Translations under genes and position numbers: made by a program
From: a virus
Lineage: Duplodnaviria; Caudoviricetes
IMG/VR virus record: IMGVR_UViG_3300034357_000290
Location: 1 to 38,042 of that record
Direction: 5' to 3' (one strand)
Length of the DNA: 38,042 nucleotides
In this document: positions 15,733 through 24,510 of the stretch, in pieces
How positions within the stretch are numbered: position 1 is the stretch's first letter
Layout: each line of letters starts with the position of its first letter
The notes under the pieces: model-generated
What the model saw: the letters and a program-made list of their open reading frames with translations, nothing else
Database searches by the model: none
What the model was told of the DNA's origin: nothing

Positions 15733-16916
15733 CACTCCTCCTCCTGCAGACCGCCGCCGGGCGTCCAGATCATCTTCTTGGGCGTCGAGCCGCCCGCGGC
15801 CGCAGGCGCGTCAGTCTTTGGAGTGCCGCCGCCCACCTCAAAGATGGCGGGATCGATGCCCAAGTCTGCAAGCGTAACGCCCGCGCGTGAGGTCATGGAC
15901 TTGACCGCATCTATAAGGCGTTTCTTCTTGTCTCTCAGGGCCTTTGGTTTGTCTCCCGGAACAGGGACCATAGATTTGATCCGCCTTTCCATTTCAACCT
16001 CAGTCGTGCCCTGTCCCGAAATCGCATAAACTGCATTCGTGGCAACATTGGTAATGGCGTAGAGAGTTGCTTGGCTGTTCTCGTCATTGAGAAAGTTGGC
16101 ACCCAATCCTTCAGCCGTGCTTGCAAAGCTAGACATATCGTCAAAGCCAGTGATGGCCGCCGGAATATCTGACACCATCGAGGTGACGATCTGCTTCGAG
16201 CGCAAATCGCCCTCGGTCGGCGCCTTGTTGCCAGTGCCGCCCTGCGAGACGGTCGTCGTGCCGTCAGGGTTCGTCGTGATCTTCAGGCCGTCGTCAAGGA
16301 ACTCGGAGAGCGTCGGGATCTGATCCTCGGGGATGCCGCGCCTCTGCATGTCAGCCACGAGTGCGCTGTACTTGTTCTCCCAGTCGGCAGGCTTAGGCGG
16401 CGCCAGAGTGGAGACGTTCCAGTCGGCGAAGGACTGGCGAGGCAGGCCTTGCGAGGTCCGCATCTGCTGGTCGTTCTCGTACTGGGCCATCTCGCCGGTC
16501 GGAGCCGCAGCGGGCCCGTCGAAGAACATCGAAGGCTTGCTGTTCGGGTCCCCCTGATCGTAGCGATAAACGTCGCCCTGCGATTCAAACGTCTTCCAGT
16601 CTGGCGGCTGGAACTGCGTCTCGAGGTACTTGCTGATCAGGCTCTCGCCCACGCCAGGAGGCGCGTTCTCCAGCATGGCGGCAAGGCGCGGGTTCTTGTC
16701 GGCCATGCCGGCCGCCTGAGCCTGCAGCCACTTCTGGCTCTTGGCCTGATCCATGTATTTGCGGCGCTGCGAGTTGAGATCGGCAATGGCCGGCGCGATG
16801 TTCGCCACTTGCCCCTGGTCCATAGCCATGAGCGCCTGACTGGCGAGTGCAAGGCGTGCGCCGAAGTCCGAGGACCCCTCGTCATCCATGCCAAACATAT
16901 TTCCGAGGATGCCCAT
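15732..16916 (-). CDS. DNA ejection/transfer protein
   Basis: MGILGNMFG start, ISGQGTTEVE motif, synteny, AAGGAG RBS. Confidence 0.7.
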   Translation of the reverse strand: MGILGNMFGMDDEGSSDFGARLALASQALMAMDQGQVANIAPAIADLNSQRRKYMDQAKSQKWLQAQAAGMADKNPRLAAMLENAPPGVGESLISKYLETQFQPPDWKTFESQGDVYRYDQGDPNSKPSMFFDGPAAAPTGEMAQYENDQQMRTSQGLPRQSFADWNVSTLAPPKPADWENKYSALVADMQRRGIPEDQIPTLSEFLDDGLKITTNPDGTTTVSQGGTGNKAPTEGDLRSKQIVTSMVSDIPAAITGFDDMSSFASTAEGLGANFLNDENSQATLYAITNVATNAVYAISGQGTTEVEMERRIKSMVPVPGDKPKALRDKKKRLIDAVKSMTSRAGVTLADLGIDPAIFEVGGGTPKTDAPAAAGGSTPKKMIWTPGGGLQEEE

Positions 16917-16926
16917 TTGCCGCTCC

Positions 16927-17874
16927 TTACATAAATGCGCCGACGATCGAGCCGACGCTGCCAAGAATGCCGCCGAGGCCCGGATTGCTCGACCCGGTCA
17001 CCGTGCCATTCGTCGTCGACGTGCCGTAGCCACCGGGGTTCTGCGTCGCGCCGAAGTAACGCTGCAGGCCGGTGTCGCCGTAGTTCTGCCAGGCGTTCGT
17101 CTGCCCCATGATGTTGTTGAGGATGTTCTGAAGCTGTCCCTGCTGCTGGTTGCCCACCTGCATCTGGTTGCTGTTGATCTGCTGCCCCATGTTGAAGCCC
17201 TGATTGGCGAGGTTGCCCATCTGGTTCTGACCGAACTGCATCTGGTTCTGGCCCATGCCGGCCATGCCCTGACCGAGCGAGCCGAGGCCCGAAGCGCCAC
17301 TCTGGCCGAGGCCTGAGAGCCCCGAGGCGCCCGACTGCATCATGCCGGATCGCATGCCTTGGTTCGCCATCTGACCCTGCATGTTGCGGTTCAGGTCGCT
17401 GGTGCCCATCTGCTGCGCGTTGTTGAAGTTGGCGCTGTTCAGGTTCGCCAGCGTCGAGGCCCGCGTCATGTCGAAGTTGCGGTTGTTCTCGGCCTGCTGC
17501 ACCGCCATGCGGTCGCCGCCGAAGGCACCGGCACGTTGCGCCTGGTCCTGCATGGCGTTGCCCTGCAAGGTCTCCTGGCGGTTGAGCTCGCCCATGGTCG
17601 TGTCGATGACACTCTGCTGGAACGGGTTCATGTAGCCCGACAGGTTCATGCCGTTAAGCTGCCCGGCCTGCACGTCGGAGGGCGCCATGCCCGCCATCTG
17701 CCCGAAGGCCGACTGCGCGCCACCCAGCGAGCCCATCATCTGGCCGTAGCCGCCGGCGGCCTGATCCATGGTGCCGAGGCCCTGCCCCAGCATGCCGATG
17801 CCGGTGCCGTACATCTGGCCGGCGTTGCCGGCGGCGTTGTTGTAGAGGCCGAAAGTCGTGTCTTGAAGGGCCAT
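16927..17874 (-). CDS. Gln/Gly/Met-rich ejection (pilot-like) protein
   Basis: YMNPFQQSVID, AGAFGGDR, hydrophobic C-terminus PGLGGILGSVGSIVGAFM. Confidence 0.75.
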   Translation of the reverse strand: MALQDTTFGLYNNAAGNAGQMYGTGIGMLGQGLGTMDQAAGGYGQMMGSLGGAQSAFGQMAGMAPSDVQAGQLNGMNLSGYMNPFQQSVIDTTMGELNRQETLQGNAMQDQAQRAGAFGGDRMAVQQAENNRNFDMTRASTLANLNSANFNNAQQMGTSDLNRNMQGQMANQGMRSGMMQSGASGLSGLGQSGASGLGSLGQGMAGMGQNQMQFGQNQMGNLANQGFNMGQQINSNQMQVGNQQQGQLQNILNNIMGQTNAWQNYGDTGLQRYFGATQNPGGYGTSTTNGTVTGSSNPGLGGILGSVGSIVGAFM

Positions 17875-17876
17875 CG

Positions 17877-18668
17877 TTACCACCACTTATTCGGGGAGTT
17901 GTAGGTCGGGAGAGGCGTCTCAGGCTTTGGCTCCGCAACCGGCGGCTTCATGGAGGCGGCCCACGGATTCCGACCCATGAGGATGTCGCGGTCGTAAAGC
18001 TGCTGGAAGGCAGAGGTCATCCTGCCGTTGCCTGCCGCGCCGCCCCTGTTCGAGTAGTAGGGAGTGCCCATGAAGGCAGCCATGCCGCCAACACCGCCGC
18101 CGCTCGTGAAACCCTGCTTCAGGAGATCCTGCATGCTGTACGGACCCTTGTTGCCGAAGAAGGCGTCAAGCGTGTTGCCGGCGCCGCCACCAGCCCCACC
18201 AGTCTCGCGGGCGTAGGCCTTCTTGGCCTCCTCGCCCACTGCCCAAGGGCTGTCCTTGATGTCACTTGGCGGGCGAGACGGGTCCGACAGCAGGTCGCCA
18301 CCAAAGCGGGAAAGCTGGTCGTACTGCTTCGGGAAGCGTTCCTTGATCTGCTCGAGGTTCCGCATCATGCCGGTGGCACTCTCGTACCCGGCGACGCCTG
18401 ATCCATCGACCGTAGCCTGCGGCATGCCGGCCATGGCGTCCATCTTGGGCGTGCCGTTGGCGGCGCTCGCCCAGTCAGCCACGCCCTGCATGCCTGCCTG
18501 CTGCATGGGCGTAAATGCTGCGACCTGGTTGCCCATGTAGGGCACGTAGCCGGCCTGGTTGATCTCGTCCGCGACCTTCAACGACTTGATCGCCGCGTCG
18601 TTGAACCACTTCGGCGGCTTGTTGACCGTCTTGCTGTCGGTTTCCTGCGTCGTGCTACCGCCACCCAT
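17877..18668 (-). CDS. Putative ejection protein
   Basis: MGGGSTTQ...PKWF, YVPYMGNQVAAFTPMQQAG N-terminus, AGGAG RBS. Confidence 0.7.
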   Translation of the reverse strand: MGGGSTTQETDSKTVNKPPKWFNDAAIKSLKVADEINQAGYVPYMGNQVAAFTPMQQAGMQGVADWASAANGTPKMDAMAGMPQATVDGSGVAGYESATGMMRNLEQIKERFPKQYDQLSRFGGDLLSDPSRPPSDIKDSPWAVGEEAKKAYARETGGAGGGAGNTLDAFFGNKGPYSMQDLLKQGFTSGGGVGGMAAFMGTPYYSNRGGAAGNGRMTSAFQQLYDRDILMGRNPWAASMKPPVAEPKPETPLPTYNSPNKWW

Positions 18669-19047
18669 GGCTAATCTCCTTCTCGATAATTATGCGGGAC
18701 TTCTTCCATCCCTGCGTCTTCAAGCGCCGCCAGAACCCCTCGCGGGCGTGTGCCACTAGCTTTGTCGCGCCAATGATTGAGCCCCAGACGCTGACGACGA
18801 GCTCGAGCCCCTCGAGGCCTTTCTGAGATCCGCCGCCCACGACGACGACCAACTGGATGGGGTCGCCCTGCGGCTCGATGACGACAAAAGCCTCGCCGCT
18901 GTCGAACATGAACATGCGACCCTCGTCGATGGCGTCGGCCAACTGCTCGAAGCCCACGGGTTGGCCGCGCAGTGCGCGATCCACCTGCCCGCGCCACTTG
19001 GCGAGGTCTTGGGCCGTGCCGAGGATGGGCTTCACGGGCGCGTTCAT
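18655..19047 (-). CDS. GNAT-like fold protein preceding the ejection genes
   Basis: VVVGGG...AREGFWRRLKTQGW. The position is typical of podovirus tail modules. Confidence 0.55.
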   Translation of the reverse strand: MNAPVKPILGTAQDLAKWRGQVDRALRGQPVGFEQLADAIDEGRMFMFDSGEAFVVIEPQGDPIQLVVVVGGGSQKGLEGLELVVSVWGSIIGATKLVAHAREGFWRRLKTQGWKKSRIIIEKEISHGWR

Positions 19048-19280
19048 TTGCACCGCTTCCTGATGTGGTCCCACTCGCCGCCGCGCCTGACACAGTCGCG
19101 GAAGGCCTTCTGGTCTGCCTGGCTCATAGGCTTGGCAATCACCGGCATGACCGCCTTCACCGCCGCCCCGATGGCGAGAGCCGTGAGGCCCGCCACGAAG
19201 TCAGGGGACTGGAAGGCAGACCACACCGCTGCGGCCGCAGCCGCGGCGAGTGCCGCGAATATGAGCCAGATCCACTTCAC
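19044..19280 (-). CDS. Small two-TM membrane protein (lysis-associated?)
   Basis: Two hydrophobic helices, C-terminal CVRRGGEWDHIRKRC. Confidence 0.65.
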   Translation of the reverse strand: MKWIWLIFAALAAAAAAAVWSAFQSPDFVAGLTALAIGAAVKAVMPVIAKPMSQADQKAFRDCVRRGGEWDHIRKRCK

Positions 19281-19576
19281 TTCGATGCCACCTGCGCCTT
19301 GGTGACGGTTCCAATTGCAGACTTGGCGCCGTCAACCACGACGGCCGTCTGGCCGAAAAGCGAGTGCAGCGCGCCGCCGGGCCGCATCAGCTTGCTGATC
19401 AACGTCAGGATGCCGAAGATGGAAGCGGAAATTGCCATGTACTTTGCCGGCAGGATCGTCGAGGCGCAGATCGTGACGCCCACGGCGTCAGTCGTGCAGC
19501 CGAGAAGCTGCGTCATCACGCCAGTGAGGACAGTCAGAATTGCCGTCAATGTGCCGAGGATGTTGGTGAAGTTCAT
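19277..19576 (-). CDS. Holin-like membrane protein
   Basis: Two TM segments, Cys27/Cys37 loop, AAGGAG RBS. Confidence 0.55.
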   Translation of the reverse strand: MNFTNILGTLTAILTVLTGVMTQLLGCTTDAVGVTICASTILPAKYMAISASIFGILTLISKLMRPGGALHSLFGQTAVVVDGAKSAIGTVTKAQVASK

Positions 19577-19827
19577 TTCGTTTTCTCCTTAAGAGCGTCT
19601 TTCATTTCACGCACGTAGTCCGTGAGGTAGATCAGCTTCTGCTCGATGGCGATGACGCGCTCAGACTGCTCCTCGATCGCCGTCGAGGTTTTCATCACGA
19701 GCGACAGCTTGTAGTCAGTCTCGGCCTTCCAGCTTGCCGTCCACGCAGTCATGCCAAAGAGCCAGACGATGAGCGGCAGCACGGCCAGCATTGGTACTCG
19801 CCTCAACAGGTCGTTTATTGTCGACAT
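19573..19827 (-). CDS. TM + coiled-coil protein (holin/antiholin-like)
   Basis: One TM followed by ERVIAIEQKL coiled coil. Confidence 0.55.
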   Translation of the reverse strand: MSTINDLLRRVPMLAVLPLIVWLFGMTAWTASWKAETDYKLSLVMKTSTAIEEQSERVIAIEQKLIYLTDYVREMKDALKEKTK

Positions 19828-20117
19828 CACCCAACTCTCCAGATGGTTCCGTCGTTGTAGACGGGAACGCCGTTTGCCCCCCCGCCTGCCACTGCCGAGG
19901 CGAAGGTGGTCGAGGTTGCGTCAGTCACGAAGCCGCGCACGCCGGCGGTTGCCGTCGGGAGCTCCGACACAAGGCAGGCGGGAACGAACATCGAGCGCAG
20001 GAGGTCGCTGAAGTTCGTCTCCGTGTTCCTGATGACCTCCTCGATGCGGCGATTGCGCTGCCGCTCGTGAGATGCGTCATAGGATGCAGACGGGAGGACG
20101 AGGGTGCGATTGCTCAC
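19827..20117 (-). CDS. Short tail needle/fibre-like protein
   Basis: Coiled coil followed by ELPTATAG...FVTDA...GGGANGVPVYNDGTIW knob. GTGA overlap with the nozzle gene. Confidence 0.6.
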   Translation of the reverse strand: MSNRTLVLPSASYDASHERQRNRRIEEVIRNTETNFSDLLRSMFVPACLVSELPTATAGVRGFVTDATSTTFASAVAGGGANGVPVYNDGTIWRVG

Positions 20118-21754
20118 CGGGCACCTCCAGACTTCATGCGGAGACGGAGCTTGCCGAGAGCCCAAGTGGTGTCTGCCACCGGCTCGACGCGAACCTGTAT
20201 CGAGCGGGCGCGGAACCTGGTGCTGTTGTAGCCGATCGTGTTGTCTGGCGAGATCGGGCCGATGGTCCTCTGTGGGGCGGCAGGCGCCTGGCGGAGCTTG
20301 AAGAGGAGCTCGTAGTCTGAGGTGTAGCTCGTGCCCGTCGAGGCGTCGTAATTCAAGCCGTCGAACCAGATCCGGTCGACGCGCATGTTCTGCTCGCCGT
20401 TGCCGATCTCAAACTCGCCCGTCTCAGCGAAAATGTCGTTGATGCGGCTGGCCCCGTCAGCCAGCAGGCCGACCTCGTGCTGGTACTCCTGAGATTCGGC
20501 GTAGAGGTATGGCCTCGTGTCCCAGACCGGGTTCATGAAGGCCGTGCGCGACATCGAGCCCTTCGACCAGTACGGCGCCCCATCGAGGGACACGAACACG
20601 TAACTGTCTGGAGTCGAGGAGCCGCGCTTCGGGTAGAATGTCCAGATCTCGCGGTTGAAGCCATTGTAGCCGAGGAAGACATTCGCCGGCACAGTCAGGT
20701 CGCCATTCGCCAGAACCTCGTAGTCGACGTCGGACTGCACCAGCGTGACGTTGCCGTCGTAGCGCCAGTAGCCCTCCTTGGAGAGCCAGAAGCCCATGCC
20801 GGTGACGCCCACGAGGGCGTTCTTGCCCACGCAGCCGACCTCCTCAGAGAGGCGCCTGCGGGCGTAGTAGTAGGGGGCGCCCACGTACTCGATGATGTGC
20901 GCGTCGACGTCAGTGAGCACCAGAATGCCGCCCTGCACGCGAACCGCGGCGATGATCGTGCCCGACGAGTTGAGCTCGAATCCTCCGGCCGTGTTGGTGG
21001 CGCTGGCGGCCCATACCGTCATGTTCTCACGGTCGCACCACTTCACCCGGCGGGGGTTGCCCTTGCCGCCCAGGACCATGATCATGCGCTCGTCGGTGGC
21101 GACCACGAGCGTGTTGTCGATCGGGGCATTGGTGACGGGCGCGGCTATAACTGTCGGCGTTGTGGGGTCCCACGAAAACAGCCGGCCGTCTTGGCTGTGG
21201 ACTGCCACGAGGTAGCGGCCGAAGTTGTCCAGCGACCACTGGCCTACGTTATCGAGGGGCGTCGGAACAGCCGCGCCGTAGTATCCCGAGCCAAAGAGAC
21301 CCGCTCCGTATCCGGACAATGTTCCGGTGGTGACGGCGAGGCTGGCGGGCGTGATGTCGCGGATGGTGGCCGAGGTAGGTGTCGCGCCCTTGAGCTTGGT
21401 CGACGTTCCGACGGCGTACCATGGCGTCTTGTTGTTGTCGCGCCACGAGAGGGCGTCGCGGATGGTTTCGAGCGATGACGGGCCGGGTCCGAGCAGAATT
21501 TCGGCATCCGTCGCTTGGCGCATGATCGACACGTCGGTCGTCATGTCCAGCGAGAGACCCCGCCACTCGTCGCCAAGAAGGCCCAAGTCGTCGCCGAAAT
21601 ACTTGCCCTTGGCCCAGCCGCCGATCGGCTGAAGCTGGCCGTCGACCCAACGCACCTGGTTTGCATCCCACCACCGACGCCCCACGGAGTGAGGCGTGCC
21701 GTTCCGCAGGACGCCCGGCGGCAGGTCGAGGACTGGTGCGTTTTGTCCGCTCAT
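20114..21754 (-). CDS. Tail nozzle / DNA stabilization protein (P22 gp10-like beta-propeller)
   Basis: LPPGV, VRW...PIGGW, WSLDNFG, VKWCDRE, EIWTFYP and ETGEFEIG motifs; carries a ~45-aa insertion near the N-terminus. Confidence 0.85.
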   Translation of the reverse strand: MSGQNAPVLDLPPGVLRNGTPHSVGRRWWDANQVRWVDGQLQPIGGWAKGKYFGDDLGLLGDEWRGLSLDMTTDVSIMRQATDAEILLGPGPSSLETIRDALSWRDNNKTPWYAVGTSTKLKGATPTSATIRDITPASLAVTTGTLSGYGAGLFGSGYYGAAVPTPLDNVGQWSLDNFGRYLVAVHSQDGRLFSWDPTTPTVIAAPVTNAPIDNTLVVATDERMIMVLGGKGNPRRVKWCDRENMTVWAASATNTAGGFELNSSGTIIAAVRVQGGILVLTDVDAHIIEYVGAPYYYARRRLSEEVGCVGKNALVGVTGMGFWLSKEGYWRYDGNVTLVQSDVDYEVLANGDLTVPANVFLGYNGFNREIWTFYPKRGSSTPDSYVFVSLDGAPYWSKGSMSRTAFMNPVWDTRPYLYAESQEYQHEVGLLADGASRINDIFAETGEFEIGNGEQNMRVDRIWFDGLNYDASTGTSYTSDYELLFKLRQAPAAPQRTIGPISPDNTIGYNSTRFRARSIQVRVEPVADTTWALGKLRLRMKSGGAR

Positions 21755-22029
21755 CACTCAAGCATCGCGTTGTGGGTGAGAAGGAGGCTGGTTGCTTCGT
21801 TGGCCCGCACCATCTCATTGCGGAAGCTCTCCACGGCGGCGCCCGTGTGGCGCTGCTGCTGTGAGTTCTCGATGAGGAGCACGGGGAGCCACGTCACGGC
21901 GCAGCCCCACTCGTCGACGTCCTTGCCGGTGTTCGGGTTCGTGCCACGCACTTGGGTGAACCAGTTGCACTGGAGCCCCTTGCACTCACCCTTGATCAGC
22001 GGACAGAAGGTGCCGGGTTTCAACTGCAT
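21754..22029 (-). CDS. Cys-rich protein next to the tail fibre
   Basis: CPLIKGECKGLQCNWF...EWGCAV...AAVESFRNEM. Confidence 0.75.
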   Translation of the reverse strand: MQLKPGTFCPLIKGECKGLQCNWFTQVRGTNPNTGKDVDEWGCAVTWLPVLLIENSQQQRHTGAAVESFRNEMVRANEATSLLLTHNAMLE

Positions 22030-22031
22030 GG

Positions 22032-22931
22032 TCAGTCCTTCGACGCGATGATGAGGTCGACGTACTGGACGGCCATGTCGAGCGTGGTCGAGAAGGAGTG
22101 GTTGTGGGCCGTTCCGGTGAAGGAGTGGGTGTGACCGCCTCCACCACCAGTAGCCGCAGTCGTCTTAACACTCGAGCCTGCGTTATACATAGGATATGAC
22201 CCGCCACCGCCATTAACGTCATTTGTGCCGTATGTGAATGTGTGCGTATGCGACGGAATCTGCGTCACATCGAGCACAGTGCTTCCAACAGTTCCGCCTG
22301 CCGTCGTGTTATCGACGTTGCCGGAGACCGTGCGATTGGCGAAGGCAGTGCTGAAGGCGACGGAGCCGCCAGAGCCCACCGCGCCGCTGACGACGCGCAG
22401 GGCCTTGTCATCCTGGGTGGTGTCCTTCGTCCACCCGGTCGGGGCCGCCGTCTGCTGGAAGAGCATGCGCGTGCCGGAAGGGAACGCGGCAGGAATGGCG
22501 CCGGAAGCGATCTTGCCGGCAGTCACTGACCCATCTGCCAGCTTTGCCGTGGTGACCGACAGATTGGCGAGTTCCGCCGTTCCGACAGATCCGTCCGTGA
22601 TCTCGGCGGCACCCACGGCGCTCAGAGTGGCAAGGCCACCAAGCCCCAGCGTGGCGCGCATGGCCGCGGCGTCCACGCCCGCCATCAGGCTGCGTGCGAA
22701 GGTCGTCAGGGTCGTCAGGGCCGCCGCGGAGGCGCCCGTGTAGTAGGCCAGCCTGTCGGCGGCAGGCGTCAGGCCGGCGACCGAGGACACTGCGGCCGTC
22801 GAGGTCAGCCTGGCGGCCACGGCCGTGTCGATCTTGTCGAAATTGCTGTTCAGGATCGGCGCCCAGCTATCTTCTTCCTCGAACGGGTTCGGCTTGATGA
22901 GGTTCAGGTTCGGTGTGGCTGTCGTGCCCAT
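22032..22931 (-). CDS. Tail fibre with collar domain
   Basis: TPNLNLIKP...WAPILNSNFDKID anchor, FPSGTRMLFQQTAAPTGW collar, HTH/HNH His repeats. Confidence 0.85.
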   Translation of the reverse strand: MGTTATPNLNLIKPNPFEEEDSWAPILNSNFDKIDTAVAARLTSTAAVSSVAGLTPAADRLAYYTGASAAALTTLTTFARSLMAGVDAAAMRATLGLGGLATLSAVGAAEITDGSVGTAELANLSVTTAKLADGSVTAGKIASGAIPAAFPSGTRMLFQQTAAPTGWTKDTTQDDKALRVVSGAVGSGGSVAFSTAFANRTVSGNVDNTTAGGTVGSTVLDVTQIPSHTHTFTYGTNDVNGGGGSYPMYNAGSSVKTTAATGGGGGHTHSFTGTAHNHSFSTTLDMAVQYVDLIIASKD

Positions 22932-23542
22932 CAGGCGATCCTCACGAAACGGCGAAGGGGCGTCGAGCCCATCTTCACCCTCTTGGATTTCTGGTTTGCG
23001 ATCTCGAGGTTCAGCAGGTACTTCGCCTCGAAGCCCTGCGCCCGGTCATCTTCAACAATGAAGTTGGAGCCCTCTGCCAGCGAGGCGTACAGCAGCAAGT
23101 TGGCGTAGCTGTCGCTGAAGACGTTGCTGTTCAGGCCGGCGCCAATGGCGGGCACATTCACGTAGTAGTCAACCGTCACCTGCGCTCCATCCAGCAAGGT
23201 GGGCCAGATGATGATCGAGCCAGCGTCGATGGCAAAGAGGCGGCGGTCCTCGTTGTCGTCGGCAGTCACGTTGACGATCTCGCCCTTGGTCGAGACGTCG
23301 TAGGTGCCGACGCCGGCGACCGACACCTGCCGAATGCGGTTGAAGTTCCCCGGCAGCGTGACAGACCCGGCTGCGGCCGTGAGCGTGACCGTCGCCTCCA
23401 TCTCGAAGACCGACAGTTCGCGGTTCATGCGATCCTGCGCGAGGCTGATGAAGCTGCCGATCTGGGCGTCGGTGAGGTGGTCGGCATCGAGCCAATCCTT
23501 CACCCCGGCGACCCATGCGGAATATGTCGCGTACAGGGCCAT
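22931..23542 (-). CDS. Head-tail adaptor (tail tubular protein A-like)
   Basis: FISLAQDRMNREL, LPGNF, LLLYASLAE; synteny. Confidence 0.75.
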   Translation of the reverse strand: MALYATYSAWVAGVKDWLDADHLTDAQIGSFISLAQDRMNRELSVFEMEATVTLTAAAGSVTLPGNFNRIRQVSVAGVGTYDVSTKGEIVNVTADDNEDRRLFAIDAGSIIIWPTLLDGAQVTVDYYVNVPAIGAGLNSNVFSDSYANLLLYASLAEGSNFIVEDDRAQGFEAKYLLNLEIANQKSKRVKMGSTPLRRFVRIA

Positions 23543-24012
23543 CAGATGAGGCTCCTTATATAGTCGCCGCAGGCTCGAGCCGTCTTGAGCTCGGGTTTGC
23601 CGGGGATGCCGAACGAGATGTCGATCTTGCCGTTCTGCTTGATGCCGAGCGTCGTCTGCACCTCGGCGTGGGAAAGCACGGTGCTGAGAGTGACCGGGAT
23701 TCGGTAGGCCTTGGCGAGCTTCTTCACGAGCTCGATGCAGGCGTCGAACTGGACCTTGGTCAGCGGGTACTTGCCGAGCTTGCCGGGGCCTTCTGCGCCC
23801 ATCATGCCGGCCATTGCCACGCCGATCGCGCCGGCATTGCAGCCCCTCGTGTGGGCCGCGTAGATGCCGTCCGATGTCGCCAGGTTGTCCTCGATTGGGT
23901 GGTCGCCCTTCACGATCGTGCCATCACCGGCGACGACGCGGTGATAGTGTTCGCGGTCAATGTCCGAGACATTGTGCGATCCAGCCGACCAGTGGAGGAT
24001 GATCCGCTTCAT
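23542..24012 (-). CDS. Endolysin, N-acetylmuramoyl-L-alanine amidase (Amidase_2)
   Basis: IILHWSAG, HYH, AAHTRGCN, LSHAEV and KID motifs. Confidence 0.9.
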   Translation of the reverse strand: MKRIILHWSAGSHNVSDIDREHYHRVVAGDGTIVKGDHPIEDNLATSDGIYAAHTRGCNAGAIGVAMAGMMGAEGPGKLGKYPLTKVQFDACIELVKKLAKAYRIPVTLSTVLSHAEVQTTLGIKQNGKIDISFGIPGKPELKTARACGDYIRSLI

Positions 24013-24509
24013 CAGAGCCACACCCTCGCGCGGTCATGCACGACTGCCGGATCAAAGAGACACACCCCGTTCGGCCCCTCGTAGCCACCCGGAACGCCGG
24101 GGCCGGGGATCGGCGTCCAGACTAGGTCGGGGATGAGCGACAGGATGTTCGTGCGCTCAAACACGCCCAGCAGCGTGCCGTCCTCGTCGTACTGCGGCAG
24201 CACTGTCGGGTTGCCCTCTGCGTCAGGCGGTCCCATCATCAGCACGGCCACGATGGGGTCGATGGCGACGAGGTTAACGTGATGCCCCTCGATGACAACG
24301 GCAGGAGTGACCACGTTGCCATCCTCGTCGTAGGTGGCAGGCGTCTTGGTGATCGGACCGATCTCGTCGATGATGACGCCCTGATGCGGGATCAGGTTGC
24401 CGTTCTCGTCGAGCGTTGCCAGCATTGAGCCGTCAGGCAGGGCGGTCGTGGTCATGCCCGTGACGAACAGTTCGCGCGTGCTGCACCATGCGAAGATTTC
24501 AATGCTCAT
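24012..24509 (-). CDS. Acidic fibre-associated protein
   Basis: IDEIGPI...TPATYDEDGNVVTPAV...HHVNL, directly after the head fibre gene. Confidence 0.7.
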   Translation of the reverse strand: MSIEIFAWCSTRELFVTGMTTTALPDGSMLATLDENGNLIPHQGVIIDEIGPITKTPATYDEDGNVVTPAVVIEGHHVNLVAIDPIVAVLMMGPPDAEGNPTVLPQYDEDGTLLGVFERTNILSLIPDLVWTPIPGPGVPGGYEGPNGVCLFDPAVVHDRARVWL

Positions 24510-24510
24510 G

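Noticed and set aside
19277-19576. Unimolecular spanin (LLGC lipobox + C-terminal TM)
   Set aside because: No basic n-region, a non-canonical lipobox, and only ~20 residues between the Cys and the TM, too short to span the periplasm.
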